A stretch of DNA of 64,000 nucleotides from a virus, in IMG/VR virus record IMGVR_UViG_3300049846_000430, positions 49,401-113,400 of that record. One strand, 5' to 3'. Made by a program: the position numbers and the translations under genes. This document shows, piece by piece, positions 41,489 through 51,278 of the stretch. Each line of letters begins with the position of its first letter. Within the stretch, counting starts at the first letter, position 1. The notes below the pieces were generated by a model. That model made no database searches. It saw nothing but the letters and a program-made list of their open reading frames with translations, and was not told where the DNA came from.

Positions 41489-42765
41489 TACTTAATTGTC
41501 ATTCTGATGATGTTTGGATCCATCATCATCTTGTTAAATTTCTGTTTGTTACCGTTAAAGATTGTTCTCACAACGAGATATTTCAAATCATTTGTGAAAT
41601 AATCCTTAGTGCACAAAGCAATCAACCTGTTGGTGATCTTGTCACTGATGGTGTTATCTTTAGAATACACCACAGCAAAGTTTGCCAACCTGGTTGCCAG
41701 AGTAGATGCAATATCTGCACGATAGCTGTCACCCTTACCTATGCAAGACTCAAGCTGATTGAGAATGTTTTGCTCATTCTCAGCCAACATCAAATCTTTA
41801 GGTGTTACCAGTTTGTCAAGCTTGTTGTTGATAAACGTGGTGAACATACTTGCAAATGTGTCACCAACAGAACCTTCACCAATCATTTGAATCATGCTCA
41901 AGTTAGATTCAAAATCTGCAAAGCTTGAGATAGAGTTAAAGAATGTGGTGATAGATCTTGAGTTTGTTTCTTGAGTAACAAGCTCAGGATGCAACAACAG
42001 GAAGTTGATACAACGGGTATCAATGCCGGCTTCTTCTGCCCATCTAGCCCATACATTAACATCATACTTCAGATTAGCAGTGATGTATCTGGTCTTTTGA
42101 GCAGCATCAATACTGTTAACCATATAGTCACCATTGTCTGGGTTTGCTGTCAGGATGATGTGCCAATCTTTAGGAAGAGACCAAGAGATGTAAGTCTGAC
42201 GGTCAATCAATTCCATCACGGCCTGAATGAATCTGGTATCTGCACGGTTCCAGTCATCAAGCAAAAGAATGCCACCTTCTTTCTTATCTGCAATCCATTC
42301 CGGAGCACAGTATGACATCCTGTTCTTACCAGTCATCTTATATCCATTCTTCAGATACTCAGCAACAGCAAGTTCATCTACCCACAAACCAATCTTCTTA
42401 ACCTGACCTTCACCAAGTTTAGCCATATCACTAGAAGCAGCTTGCCTCTGTGCAGCAGTAAAGTTTACTTGCTGAGCCTCTTCTGCAGAAGGAGTTACTC
42501 TTGTTTCCTTGTACATCTGAAACTGACGGACAGGAAAACCAACCAGGTCACCAAGCTCCTCAATCTGAGCCAAGTTTAACTTAACAAAGTTGAGGTTGTT
42601 TTCTTTAGCAATCTCAATTACAGTTGAGGTTTTACCAATACCAGATTCTCCAAGTACCTCAATGGATACGGGATTTTTACCTTGTGCTTGCAGGAAGCGG
42701 TTGTTCTTAATGATGTGATTTACAAAGCCCTTGAGCTCATCAATGTTTAAATTTACGTTTGCCAT
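41488..42765 (-). CDS. MoxR-like AAA+ ATPase
   Basis: GESGIGKT, GDLVGFP, ILLLDDWNRA, IILTANP. Confidence 0.9.
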   Translation of the reverse strand: MANVNLNIDELKGFVNHIIKNNRFLQAQGKNPVSIEVLGESGIGKTSTVIEIAKENNLNFVKLNLAQIEELGDLVGFPVRQFQMYKETRVTPSAEEAQQVNFTAAQRQAASSDMAKLGEGQVKKIGLWVDELAVAEYLKNGYKMTGKNRMSYCAPEWIADKKEGGILLLDDWNRADTRFIQAVMELIDRQTYISWSLPKDWHIILTANPDNGDYMVNSIDAAQKTRYITANLKYDVNVWARWAEEAGIDTRCINFLLLHPELVTQETNSRSITTFFNSISSFADFESNLSMIQMIGEGSVGDTFASMFTTFINNKLDKLVTPKDLMLAENEQNILNQLESCIGKGDSYRADIASTLATRLANFAVVYSKDNTISDKITNRLIALCTKDYFTNDLKYLVVRTIFNGNKQKFNKMMMDPNIIRMTIK

Positions 42766-42768
42766 AGT

Positions 42769-43929
42769 TTAGTTTAATTTGATTGTTTTTCCAGGTAAAT
42801 GATCTGTCTCAGGAGATACACTGCTAAGAACCCAAAGGGTATTCTTAGGACAGTTATCAGGTGCAGAACATTCACCATCAGTTAAATATATGAGGGCAGT
42901 ATAACGCCCGTGTTGATTAAAATGGTCAATAACAGGTTGGAAATCAGTCCCACCTCTACCTTTGACTTCAAATTCCTTTTTAGGATTGAAATCTTCTACT
43001 GAGTTTAGTCTTGAATCACACTGAGCTACGGTAATCTTGTGACCGGTTTTATGCATGTGATGCAATTCACTCAAGAATTCTTTCAGCTCATCATTGTTTA
43101 CAGATCCTGAAGTATCTATACCCACAAGGATATGATTCTTAAACTTGATCTTCAAACCAGGATTCTCAATATATCTCTTATTGAATTTCCTTCTGAGCTT
43201 TTTAGTGTACGTGATAGTTGAATTACCTACAAACCTTCTAAGATATCCTTTCCAGTCAAACTTTGGAGGTTCAACATGGAACAATCTTTCTAGAATGCCA
43301 GCCAACTCACCAGGAACAGTCCCTCTTCTTTTCTCAGTTTGTTCTGCAACTTCTTTCAGTTGGTGTTCAATTTGCTTTTGAACCAACTTCTTATCTGCTT
43401 CAGACAACTGATCAAAATCTTCCCAACCGGGATGACAATAAGGACTGTTACCATCCATTTGATCCAATAAAGAATCCAAAGACGGGGATGTACCATCTTG
43501 TTGTGCTTGTTGTAGTAAGTCATAATAAGTATCAGTACCTGCTTTTGCAGGAAGATTCAACTCAGGAAATCTGTCCAAAGTCAAACCACCTTCTGGAAGA
43601 AAGTCAGCATCTATGTACTGATTGATTTCCAAATCTGCGGCAATGTTGAACAGTTTCTTATCAGGATACAAATCACCAGTCATAAGATGCCCAAAAGAAA
43701 TATGAAGAAGCTCATGCTTAATCAAACCAATTCTGTGTTTTTCACCAAGACCCATAAAGAAGTCAGGGTTAATTACAAGCTGGGCACCAATGCCGTGTTT
43801 CTTAACACCGGCTGTTGGGATTGTTTTTAGATAAGACTTATTCAGCCCTATAAGGAAGAGACCATAGAATGGCTCATCCAGAATTAAAATTTTAGAGGTT
43901 CTTGAAACCTCATCTATAACATGTTGCAT
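42769..43929 (-). CDS. HExxH metallopeptidase plus VWA domain protein (DUF2201-like)
   Basis: HELLH...NIAADLEIN; IDTSGS MIDAS; GRGGTDF; YLTDG. Confidence 0.9.
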   Translation of the reverse strand: MQHVIDEVSRTSKILILDEPFYGLFLIGLNKSYLKTIPTAGVKKHGIGAQLVINPDFFMGLGEKHRIGLIKHELLHISFGHLMTGDLYPDKKLFNIAADLEINQYIDADFLPEGGLTLDRFPELNLPAKAGTDTYYDLLQQAQQDGTSPSLDSLLDQMDGNSPYCHPGWEDFDQLSEADKKLVQKQIEHQLKEVAEQTEKRRGTVPGELAGILERLFHVEPPKFDWKGYLRRFVGNSTITYTKKLRRKFNKRYIENPGLKIKFKNHILVGIDTSGSVNNDELKEFLSELHHMHKTGHKITVAQCDSRLNSVEDFNPKKEFEVKGRGGTDFQPVIDHFNQHGRYTALIYLTDGECSAPDNCPKNTLWVLSSVSPETDHLPGKTIKLN

Positions 43930-43932
43930 ATG

Positions 43933-44319
43933 TTACCATCTTAGTTTTATTTCAATGCTTTTAATAAACTCATTATCTGGATTCAGAAACGGAGAATGCA
44001 TTCTCATTACATCATTTGCAATGTAGTATTCAAAGCAATCCTTAAAATTCTTAGGAGGATTCTTTTCTGCAAGTGCACGGTAATAATCAGTTATTCTTGT
44101 ATGTACTCCAGCAAATGACATTTGTTCTGCTTTCTGTTTCACACGGTTTATAAACTCCAATCTTCTATCTAATACCAATTGTCTGATAAAAATTATAAGA
44201 TAGGGCTCATAAAGATCCATGTTTATTATAGTCTCAACTGCCAAATTAAAATCCTCTTCTGAGGCATTCAGCATTTTGAGAAGGTTTTTGTATTCTTCTA
44301 GGGTAAGTTCATTATTCAT
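43933..44319 (-). CDS. Small helical protein starting with the shared module
   Basis: LTLEEYKNLLKMLNASEEDFNLA. Confidence 0.7.
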   Translation of the reverse strand: MNNELTLEEYKNLLKMLNASEEDFNLAVETIINMDLYEPYLIIFIRQLVLDRRLEFINRVKQKAEQMSFAGVHTRITDYYRALAEKNPPKNFKDCFEYYIANDVMRMHSPFLNPDNEFIKSIEIKLRW

Positions 44320-44713
44320 CTAATGAAAAGTATTCAATATTGTCACAGTTAAGCAACTCTATGTAAACACCGGGGTTGGTTTTATCATACACATACTCAA
44401 TAAAGACAGGGATGATTACATCTGCATTGTCATCAGTAATCCAATCATAGTTAACCATATCATCCTGAACAGTTTGTGCAGGATTAATGTAGTCAAACTT
44501 GTGTTTACTGTTTCTTACAAATGTGAATCCCACTCTTACTGGTTGTTTGCACTTTGCAAAAGCATCTCTGAATTCTTGAGCATACTGCTCATAGAAAGCT
44601 TTTGAATTCTTTCTGTAATTCATTACACTTTTACTTGCAATAAAGTATTGACCGGTCCACCGTCTTCCATTCTTACTACTTGGAACATTACCAGGTATAA
44701 ACCATTTTGCCAT
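44312..44713 (-). CDS. RusA-like Holliday junction resolvase
   Basis: IPGNVPSSKN...DYINPAQTVQD...ITDDN. Confidence 0.7.
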   Translation of the reverse strand: MAKWFIPGNVPSSKNGRRWTGQYFIASKSVMNYRKNSKAFYEQYAQEFRDAFAKCKQPVRVGFTFVRNSKHKFDYINPAQTVQDDMVNYDWITDDNADVIIPVFIEYVYDKTNPGVYIELLNCDNIEYFSLDE

Positions 44714-44716
44714 TTC

Positions 44717-45682
44717 TTAGGGATTTAAAATTGATTTTAACAAAGGCTTCAACTCTTCATGAGTTCTCTGCACACCAAACTTTTTTACAGCATCTGACAC
44801 ATCTTTATCAAGACTAAGAGCACAACCATTGATACTATACAATTCTTTGTATCTCTCAATTGCTTTTGTACCTGCTTCATCATTGTCAAAGAGAGTCATC
44901 ACTTTCTTATATCTATCACGAAGATACTCAATAAGAAAGGGTTTTATGATACTATTCTCACTATCTGGTGCAATCACTTCTATGTTATAACCAAAACTCT
45001 TCAGGCACATGGCATCTTTTAAAGATGAACATATTACCAGATAAGGTTGGTTATACTTCAATTGGTCTAGACCTTGTACATAAGAAGATACTTTTATGAA
45101 TTTCTTATTCTTGTTGTACGGCTGATAGACCTTGTATATTTCATCATGCTTGTTGAAATAACCATAGATATAAGAACCTTTGATTGTGATTCTCTCAGTG
45201 TCTTTTTCCATCTCATAATACTCTATGGGACGGACATTGTACTCTTTTAGAATCTTGGAACCAATGTTAAAATCTAACCAATACTTTGCATCATGCTCAA
45301 ACCACGGGCGTTCTTGCACAAAGCCTACACCCCAGGACTCTTCAATCTTTATCTCTGATTTAACAGAACCATTCTTTTTGACATACTTGTTGTAGTCATC
45401 AATAAGTTTGGTTACTGCCTCACCATAAGACATGTTGAACAATATCATTACAATATCAATCTTGCTGCCCTGTTTACCAGTTGAAAAGTCTTTAAACTTG
45501 TACTGCATAACAGACTTGTCAACATAGATACACATGCTGGGTGTTTTCTCACTAGGATTGAATATTGACCTGATCTTTTCTGTTTGACCTGTGAGTGGTC
45601 TATCTAAGTTTAGATAATAATGGAACACCCAATAACTTGGAACCTGTGATTCATGAATAATGAGATTCTTTGTGCTCAGCAT
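44717..45682 (-). CDS. DNA primase (TOPRIM, crAss-like)
   Basis: EKTPSM...FKDFSTG; ICSSLKDAM; LFDNDEAG; KDVSD. Confidence 0.8.
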   Translation of the reverse strand: MLSTKNLIIHESQVPSYWVFHYYLNLDRPLTGQTEKIRSIFNPSEKTPSMCIYVDKSVMQYKFKDFSTGKQGSKIDIVMILFNMSYGEAVTKLIDDYNKYVKKNGSVKSEIKIEESWGVGFVQERPWFEHDAKYWLDFNIGSKILKEYNVRPIEYYEMEKDTERITIKGSYIYGYFNKHDEIYKVYQPYNKNKKFIKVSSYVQGLDQLKYNQPYLVICSSLKDAMCLKSFGYNIEVIAPDSENSIIKPFLIEYLRDRYKKVMTLFDNDEAGTKAIERYKELYSINGCALSLDKDVSDAVKKFGVQRTHEELKPLLKSILNP

Positions 45683-45685
45683 AAT

Positions 45686-45715
45686 TAAAAGAAAGGGGGA
45701 TATTACTCCCCCCTT
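45686..45715 (-). terminator. Rho-independent terminator
   Basis: GGGGGA-GTAATA-TCCCCC followed by TTTCTTTT. Confidence 0.75.
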
Positions 45716-45723
45716 CTATAAAA

Positions 45724-46398
45724 TTATAAATCAAAATCAGAACCAGGTGCCTCTGTAGTAAAAGGATTAAAGTCATCAACAGGTGCTGATGCTTTCTTCT
45801 GAAGAGGTTTGATGTGTTCTTCTTTGTTGAACTTAAGAAGTCTTGAGTTTTCAACATCAAGAGCTTCCATTGGAGTTCCTTCTTTGGATGGTCTTGGCAG
45901 GAACAGGTCATAGTTTACATAACCTTCTTTGTTTTCCCACTCACGACCACCAACACATGCATTAAAGAACTTGCTATTACCAAGAATCTTACTGCAAGCA
46001 GCAATGAATTCTTCTATAGTCTGTGCCTGGATGGTGTCCAGTTCTTCTCTCTTGCCAGTTGTCTCAGCTATGAGAACCATTGCTTTCAGAATCTCAGTAT
46101 CCCTACTGATAGTTCTACCGGTAGGAAGAGTTGTATCCTTAAAAGGATAAGGACTCATCCTTACTCTACCAACCTGACCTTCATAACGGGGGCCTGTTGG
46201 GTTGTTCTGTTCTTTCAGAAAACCTTCAAAGTCTCCGCCAACAGGCTGACTTTCTACATGCAGCATTACATTGAATGCTTCCTTGTCATAAGGAGTTTGT
46301 TCTAAAGTAACAGAGTTGATTCTGATTACCTGATTGCCAGGACTGATCACTGGTTTTGCTTTACCACTACCCGTGGTGATGTCTTTTGTGTTAAACAT
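45724..46398 (-). CDS. Putative single-stranded DNA-binding protein
   Basis: Follows the Sak4-like ATPase; beta-rich; acidic tail ending SDFDL. Confidence 0.5.
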   Translation of the reverse strand: MFNTKDITTGSGKAKPVISPGNQVIRINSVTLEQTPYDKEAFNVMLHVESQPVGGDFEGFLKEQNNPTGPRYEGQVGRVRMSPYPFKDTTLPTGRTISRDTEILKAMVLIAETTGKREELDTIQAQTIEEFIAACSKILGNSKFFNACVGGREWENKEGYVNYDLFLPRPSKEGTPMEALDVENSRLLKFNKEEHIKPLQKKASAPVDDFNPFTTEAPGSDFDL

Positions 46399-46411
46399 AA
46401 ACTTTAATTAA

Positions 46412-47098
46412 TTATTCATTTTCGTACTTCAAGATAGCCTGTCTCACATATTCCAAATCATTTCCAATCATTGGCTGTTCAAACATTCCCATAGGGGACT
46501 TACATGTATTCTCACCATTATTTTGGGTTTCAAATACATAAGCAAGAGTACCATCTTCTTTCTTTATAATGCGGGCAAACAGAACAATTGAGAACAAACC
46601 TTCCAAAGTCAGGGAGTTGTCAATCATTTTACCCACGGTCTTTGCCTTAACTCTTCTGTGGCCATGCACATCAGTTGATTCTTCTGCATGAGTGAGAAAG
46701 AATACTGTGAGATCTTCACGGAAGTCTTTAGGCATCTTGGCAACTTGTGCCAGGTTGGTTGCTATCTGAGTAAATTTATCATAGCCCTTCTCAAGAGCTT
46801 TATCAAAATACTCAAAGCTTGACATGTACTGCCAGTCATCAACAACAATAGTTTTGATGTGAGGCATGTTGTCATTTACATGTTTCATTGCTTTCATAAT
46901 ACCAGGAGCTGTTGAAGCATTGGTTATGTTACCATTTGGATTCTCCTTAGAGATCAAGGTGTACATGCTTTTCCAACCCTTGAACGGCAATGGTTTGTTT
47001 GCAATGTTGATAATAAATGTTTCTGTTGGATTTAGAGTTCTGATGGAAGTTGATTTCCCAGAACCAGATTCTGCAATTACTAAAGCTGACTGTGCCAT
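46412..47098 (-). CDS. AAA_24/Sak4-like ATPase (recombinase)
   Basis: AESGSGKSTS, IVVDD, LTH, KTVGKMID, EGLFSIVL, CKSPMGMF. Confidence 0.85.
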   Translation of the reverse strand: MAQSALVIAESGSGKSTSIRTLNPTETFIINIANKPLPFKGWKSMYTLISKENPNGNITNASTAPGIMKAMKHVNDNMPHIKTIVVDDWQYMSSFEYFDKALEKGYDKFTQIATNLAQVAKMPKDFREDLTVFFLTHAEESTDVHGHRRVKAKTVGKMIDNSLTLEGLFSIVLFARIIKKEDGTLAYVFETQNNGENTCKSPMGMFEQPMIGNDLEYVRQAILKYENE

Positions 47099-47634
47099 TA
47101 TTTTATTTTCTGTTCAATTTTCTTAAGTGTTTCTGCTATACTGATTAATGCTTCAATTGCAGACCTATGAGACAATACCTCATCCGGGTTAGGTAACACC
47201 ATTTGCTCAGGATTAGGTAAATCAGGGATATCAAAGATACTACTTTTTCCCCGTCTGGTATTAATATCATTGATGATTTTTAACTCAGAAACTGGGATAA
47301 TGTGTCTTTGAAATCCACTGTTGCTCTCAACAAGTTCATACTCTTCACGCCAGTGAGGATTGTACTTATGGAGATACAAAGTTCTCTTAGGATCTTCCGT
47401 TTCATAATCAATGCTGACAAACTCTGTATAGATGTCAACACCTTTCTCAAGCTCACTTGGAAAGAAACTTACATGTAACTCATCCTTGCCAGATGGTCTA
47501 TAAGCCATCTTAGGAATGTATGTAGCATCCGGGATTTCATTGTTTATGAAATATTCTTGATGCTCTTCTCTTAATTTTTCAATTCTCTCTTTTCTTAATT
47601 GTGGTGTTAGAGATTCTTTTTTTGTACTTATCAT
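47098..47634 (-). CDS. Hypothetical protein
   Basis: ORF between helicase and Sak4-like gene. Confidence 0.7.
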   Translation of the reverse strand: MISTKKESLTPQLRKERIEKLREEHQEYFINNEIPDATYIPKMAYRPSGKDELHVSFFPSELEKGVDIYTEFVSIDYETEDPKRTLYLHKYNPHWREEYELVESNSGFQRHIIPVSELKIINDINTRRGKSSIFDIPDLPNPEQMVLPNPDEVLSHRSAIEALISIAETLKKIEQKIK

Positions 47635-48581
47635 CTTGTAGCTGTTTGAGGAGTTTGCATTTCTGATATCTCCATTCTCTCAAAGTTTGCTTTGAAAAAG
47701 CTCATTCTGGTATCACCATTACGGGCTTTTAGAAAATGAAGAACCAATGTTTTGTCATCATCTATTATGTACCTGTCTGGTCCATAGTATTTGATTCTTT
47801 GTTTTGCGGGTCTGTTAATACCAACAAGTGTATCTGCATGCTGTAACATAGCATCTGAGCCAAATATATCTGACTCAAGAATATAGTTACCATACTTACC
47901 ATCCATTGCTCTCTCAGGATTATCAATATTCCTATTAAGCTGAGATAGTACAACAAACATGCATGGATACTGTCTTTTGGTTTGAGTAAAGAACTCACCA
48001 AGCTCAAACAACATATCTAATGAGCTTGTCTGATAGGGTGCTCTCTTTACAAGCATTGTGTGATCCAAGGTAATTATTGTTTTCTTACCATTGTTTTCTT
48101 CCATGTACATGTCAATCTGCTCCCGCATTTGATTAACCGTCATTGGTGTACTTATCACATCTACTGGATACTTAACTCTGAGTTTGGCATATTCATGACA
48201 TTTGATTAGGACATCAGAACTTATCTGTGAACCGGCACTGCACAATTCCTTGTATGTTTTACCGGTGATAGAAGAAAATTCTCTCAGTGCTGAAGTTCTG
48301 CCAACCATCTCAAATTGAAATTCCAAAACTCTAAAATCATCATGAGGATTAAGAGTAAAAGATTCTCTTACAATCTGATCCTTCAATAATGTTTTACCTG
48401 AGCCCGGTCTTCCGCCAACTACAGTTAAAGTGTTCCACTCTAAACCATCTGTGGTAGCATCATTAAATTTAGGCCAAGGGGTATAGATTGATTTCTCTTC
48501 CCCCTTGGCTCTACTGTGCATGTACTTCAGGGCCTCATTAAAAGACCTATACTGACCATCCCATGCTTTTGTTGGCTTCAT
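47631..48581 (-). CDS. dnaB: DnaB-like replicative helicase (motor domain only)
   Basis: GGRPGSGKT, FEM, LDH, LSQLNR, DIFGSDAMLQHAD, KARNG. Confidence 0.88.
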   Translation of the reverse strand: MKPTKAWDGQYRSFNEALKYMHSRAKGEEKSIYTPWPKFNDATTDGLEWNTLTVVGGRPGSGKTLLKDQIVRESFTLNPHDDFRVLEFQFEMVGRTSALREFSSITGKTYKELCSAGSQISSDVLIKCHEYAKLRVKYPVDVISTPMTVNQMREQIDMYMEENNGKKTIITLDHTMLVKRAPYQTSSLDMLFELGEFFTQTKRQYPCMFVVLSQLNRNIDNPERAMDGKYGNYILESDIFGSDAMLQHADTLVGINRPAKQRIKYYGPDRYIIDDDKTLVLHFLKARNGDTRMSFFKANFERMEISEMQTPQTATR

Positions 48582-49036
48582 TAGTTAGGACTTCTTCTTA
48601 CCCAATTGATAGCAGTAGTGCTTCCAGTCATATCAAACTGGTAAACTTTCTTACCACAGTGGTCATCATCCACTCTAATTTTAAGAAGACTACTCTTCCT
48701 GAATTCATCATACATGTTCTTATCAATATCTACTGATATGATGATCTTCTTTTGATCAGTGGTTCTCATGATAGCATTACCATTAAACCTGGACCATTCT
48801 TCTCCCATTTTGTATGCTAACTCTACATAAGGTTCTTCTGTACAGAAGTAACCATCATAAAGAATCATTGCTACTTTACCATCTCCAAAGTTTTCCAACT
48901 TAAGAAAGTAATTGCCGTCATGACAAAATGCTAAGTGATATACTGGATCAAATCCATTATCAATTGATTCTGTTTTCCATTGTGCTGATAACTTACCAGC
49001 AATTAGTGTTAGTGTAATTAATATTAATTTTTTCAT
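48581..49036 (-). CDS. Secreted/periplasmic protein
   Basis: Bacteroidota-style signal peptide MKKLILITLTLIAGKLSA-QW. Confidence 0.65.
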   Translation of the reverse strand: MKKLILITLTLIAGKLSAQWKTESIDNGFDPVYHLAFCHDGNYFLKLENFGDGKVAMILYDGYFCTEEPYVELAYKMGEEWSRFNGNAIMRTTDQKKIIISVDIDKNMYDEFRKSSLLKIRVDDDHCGKKVYQFDMTGSTTAINWVRRSPN

Positions 49037-49434
49037 ATTTCTTCTGTTATTTCTCCTGCTTCTAGTTTACTGTAGGCTAAATTCACCTTTAATCTCATTC
49101 CAGCAATTGCTTTAACTGTAAAGTAAAGTCCACATTGTGTACAACTTGCATCACAGTTATTAATATCACTTCCTTCAGCTTCCCACTCTGTTGCTTCATC
49201 ATCATACTCCACTTTGTTTTTAGTTTTGCATTTGGGACAAGTGAATTCCAGAACTGGATAGTAAGTTACTATCTCTTCTGAATATATGGTACCTTGAACA
49301 AAGTTTTCAAGTTCCTTTCTTTCTTCTTCTTTAATGGCAGCTTGTAATAGAGCTATCTGTTCAGGATCACCAACTTTAAGTGGTTCTTCTTGACCATCTC
49401 TGTAAAACTTACCGTTTAATAATATGAGATTCAT
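49033..49434 (-). CDS. Zn-ribbon protein
   Basis: CPKC...CTQC. Confidence 0.65.
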   Translation of the reverse strand: MNLILLNGKFYRDGQEEPLKVGDPEQIALLQAAIKEEERKELENFVQGTIYSEEIVTYYPVLEFTCPKCKTKNKVEYDDEATEWEAEGSDINNCDASCTQCGLYFTVKAIAGMRLKVNLAYSKLEAGEITEEI

Positions 49435-49634
49435 TTGTTCTTCCTTTCATCTATGTATGATATGACAAAGCCCACAGCTACAATAAGATTCATTCCTATT
49501 GAAGCCAGGAGCTCTGTCACATCTTCATAAACATTCATGGTTAAATGAACATGACCCACTACCCAGAATGGTATTGATAAGTTCTGGCTAACCCAGACAA
49601 TCAAATACTTTAGGAAGTGGATTATGTTTTTCAC
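49431..49634 (-). CDS. Small membrane protein
   Basis: Two hydrophobic segments. Confidence 0.6.
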   Translation of the reverse strand: MKNIIHFLKYLIVWVSQNLSIPFWVVGHVHLTMNVYEDVTELLASIGMNLIVAVGFVISYIDERKNK

Positions 49635-49984
49635 ATTGTTGGTCTCCTTCTAGGTACATAATAATTTACCTCCAGCCATTGTTCAAATGACTGGAAGTGG
49701 TTTCTGTATGTATCATGATACCTCTTAAAGATGTCAGACCAAGTAAAGTCACCTTCAACACTGATAATGTGAATATCAAAGATTTGATTGGCTTCAATCT
49801 CATTGTATTCAAATTCAACTCCAAGAGGAACACCATTCTTAAGTTTGTACTTACTCTTAATTTCAGGTGTGATATCATCTGGGTTCAGTGTATGCTCAAC
49901 GATCATCTTCACATCATTGATGGTTGTGTTGTATTTCAATACCCACTGTTGGGTATAATCATTATAAACTATACTTCCTTTCAT
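49631..49984 (-). CDS. Hypothetical protein
   Basis: ORF with overlaps. Confidence 0.6.
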   Translation of the reverse strand: MKGSIVYNDYTQQWVLKYNTTINDVKMIVEHTLNPDDITPEIKSKYKLKNGVPLGVEFEYNEIEANQIFDIHIISVEGDFTWSDIFKRYHDTYRNHFQSFEQWLEVNYYVPRRRPTM

Positions 49985-50244
49985 ACAATCTTAGCATAAA
50001 CTGGCCCTTGCCATAGTGGATGATCACGGTAAAGATCAGGATGACTATACTCATCTATTACAGTAAAGTTTACAAAATCTTCAGTGCACTTTTTATAATC
50101 ATCAGGATGTACAGGAAGACTTGTTAGCTTACCAGTGTTTGGTGCTTCTAACAAATCTACAAACAATTCATCTTCAACTATGATAAGTGCACCTCTCTTT
50201 GGTACATCAGGGTTTTCAAAATATTCACGTTTAGGTATTATCAT
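49981..50244 (-). CDS. Hypothetical protein
   Basis: ORF with overlaps. Confidence 0.6.
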   Translation of the reverse strand: MIIPKREYFENPDVPKRGALIIVEDELFVDLLEAPNTGKLTSLPVHPDDYKKCTEDFVNFTVIDEYSHPDLYRDHPLWQGPVYAKIV

Positions 50245-50834
50245 ACTACTTTCTCATTAAATGTTTTTACTTCTTCTTTAACTCCATCTGCAATCATATC
50301 ACAATAATCAGCAAGAGCAGAGTGCTTCACTTTGTTCTTATCTTGTTTGGATATGAAATACTGACTAGTCATCATATAGAGATAATCCTTGTCTGCATAC
50401 TCACGGACATACATCCTGGTAGCATCAATGACCTGATCCCATGTGAAATCATATGTTTCAAAGAACCACTTAAATGATTCTGTCAGAGCCTTTACATTCT
50501 GCCTTGCTGGTTTACCTGATGGTAACTTCATAGCAGGAAACAAAGCTCTGTACTCTTCTATCTTTTGAGCAAAGTCCTTACCCATAACATCAATATGAGT
50601 TTTCTTCTTCACTTTAGATATGTAAGATTCCAAGGTGTTGATTATCTCATCACCTTTTTCCATTATTGTAGCACCATCATGGTCTACAGCTATAAATCCT
50701 TTTCTTGTTAGAGTGAGTATATCATTTGTATACTCATCTAGTTTGAGGGATATCTTATTCTTCAGACAGAACAGTATCAAACACTGATTCGGGGTTATTC
50801 CCTGACTCAAAATTCTCTGAAATAATTGAAACAT
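50241..50834 (-). CDS. Hypothetical protein with N-terminal winged-HTH-like segment (possible replication initiator/loader)
   Basis: ITPNQCLIL...LTRKGFI...IMEKG pattern; replication context. Confidence 0.5.
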   Translation of the reverse strand: MFQLFQRILSQGITPNQCLILFCLKNKISLKLDEYTNDILTLTRKGFIAVDHDGATIMEKGDEIINTLESYISKVKKKTHIDVMGKDFAQKIEEYRALFPAMKLPSGKPARQNVKALTESFKWFFETYDFTWDQVIDATRMYVREYADKDYLYMMTSQYFISKQDKNKVKHSALADYCDMIADGVKEEVKTFNEKVV

Positions 50835-51249
50835 ATTGCTTTACTTTTCTTTTGTACTGGGCTAGGATAGTATTGAATTCTCTGTCTTTGGTGTCAATGT
50901 AATCATGTGCACACTTAATCAGATTGATTGTGCTTGAATGATCATTATCCAAGAACTTACCAATTGCACTCTTACTGTAACCATGTTCAAATGCAACAAG
51001 AGAGAAGACTGTCTTATGCATTATGAATTCTTTCTTCCTGGTTTTAACTTTTAGATTGTTATAAGACCACATCCTGGGATGATTAGTCTGTAATAACTGT
51101 ATCATAAGTTTTTCCAAATCTTCAAGACTTAATCTTATTAGATTGGGATTAGCCAGATAAACATTGAATTCAATGCCGTACTTTTCCATTAGTACATCAC
51201 GCATTACTTCAATAACTTTTGTTGCCTGTTCAAATGTTGCACTGTCCAT
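50755..51249 (-). CDS. DnaA domain IV-like HTH protein
   Basis: KTRKKEFI...GYSKSAIGKFLDNDHSSTI; TAAATTTG at 51274-51281 supports ATG 51249. Confidence 0.7.
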   Translation of the reverse strand: MDSATFEQATKVIEVMRDVLMEKYGIEFNVYLANPNLIRLSLEDLEKLMIQLLQTNHPRMWSYNNLKVKTRKKEFIMHKTVFSLVAFEHGYSKSAIGKFLDNDHSSTINLIKCAHDYIDTKDREFNTILAQYKRKVKQYVSIISENFESGNNPESVFDTVLSEE

Positions 51250-51278
51250 TACATAAATGTTTTTACGGGATGTCAAAT

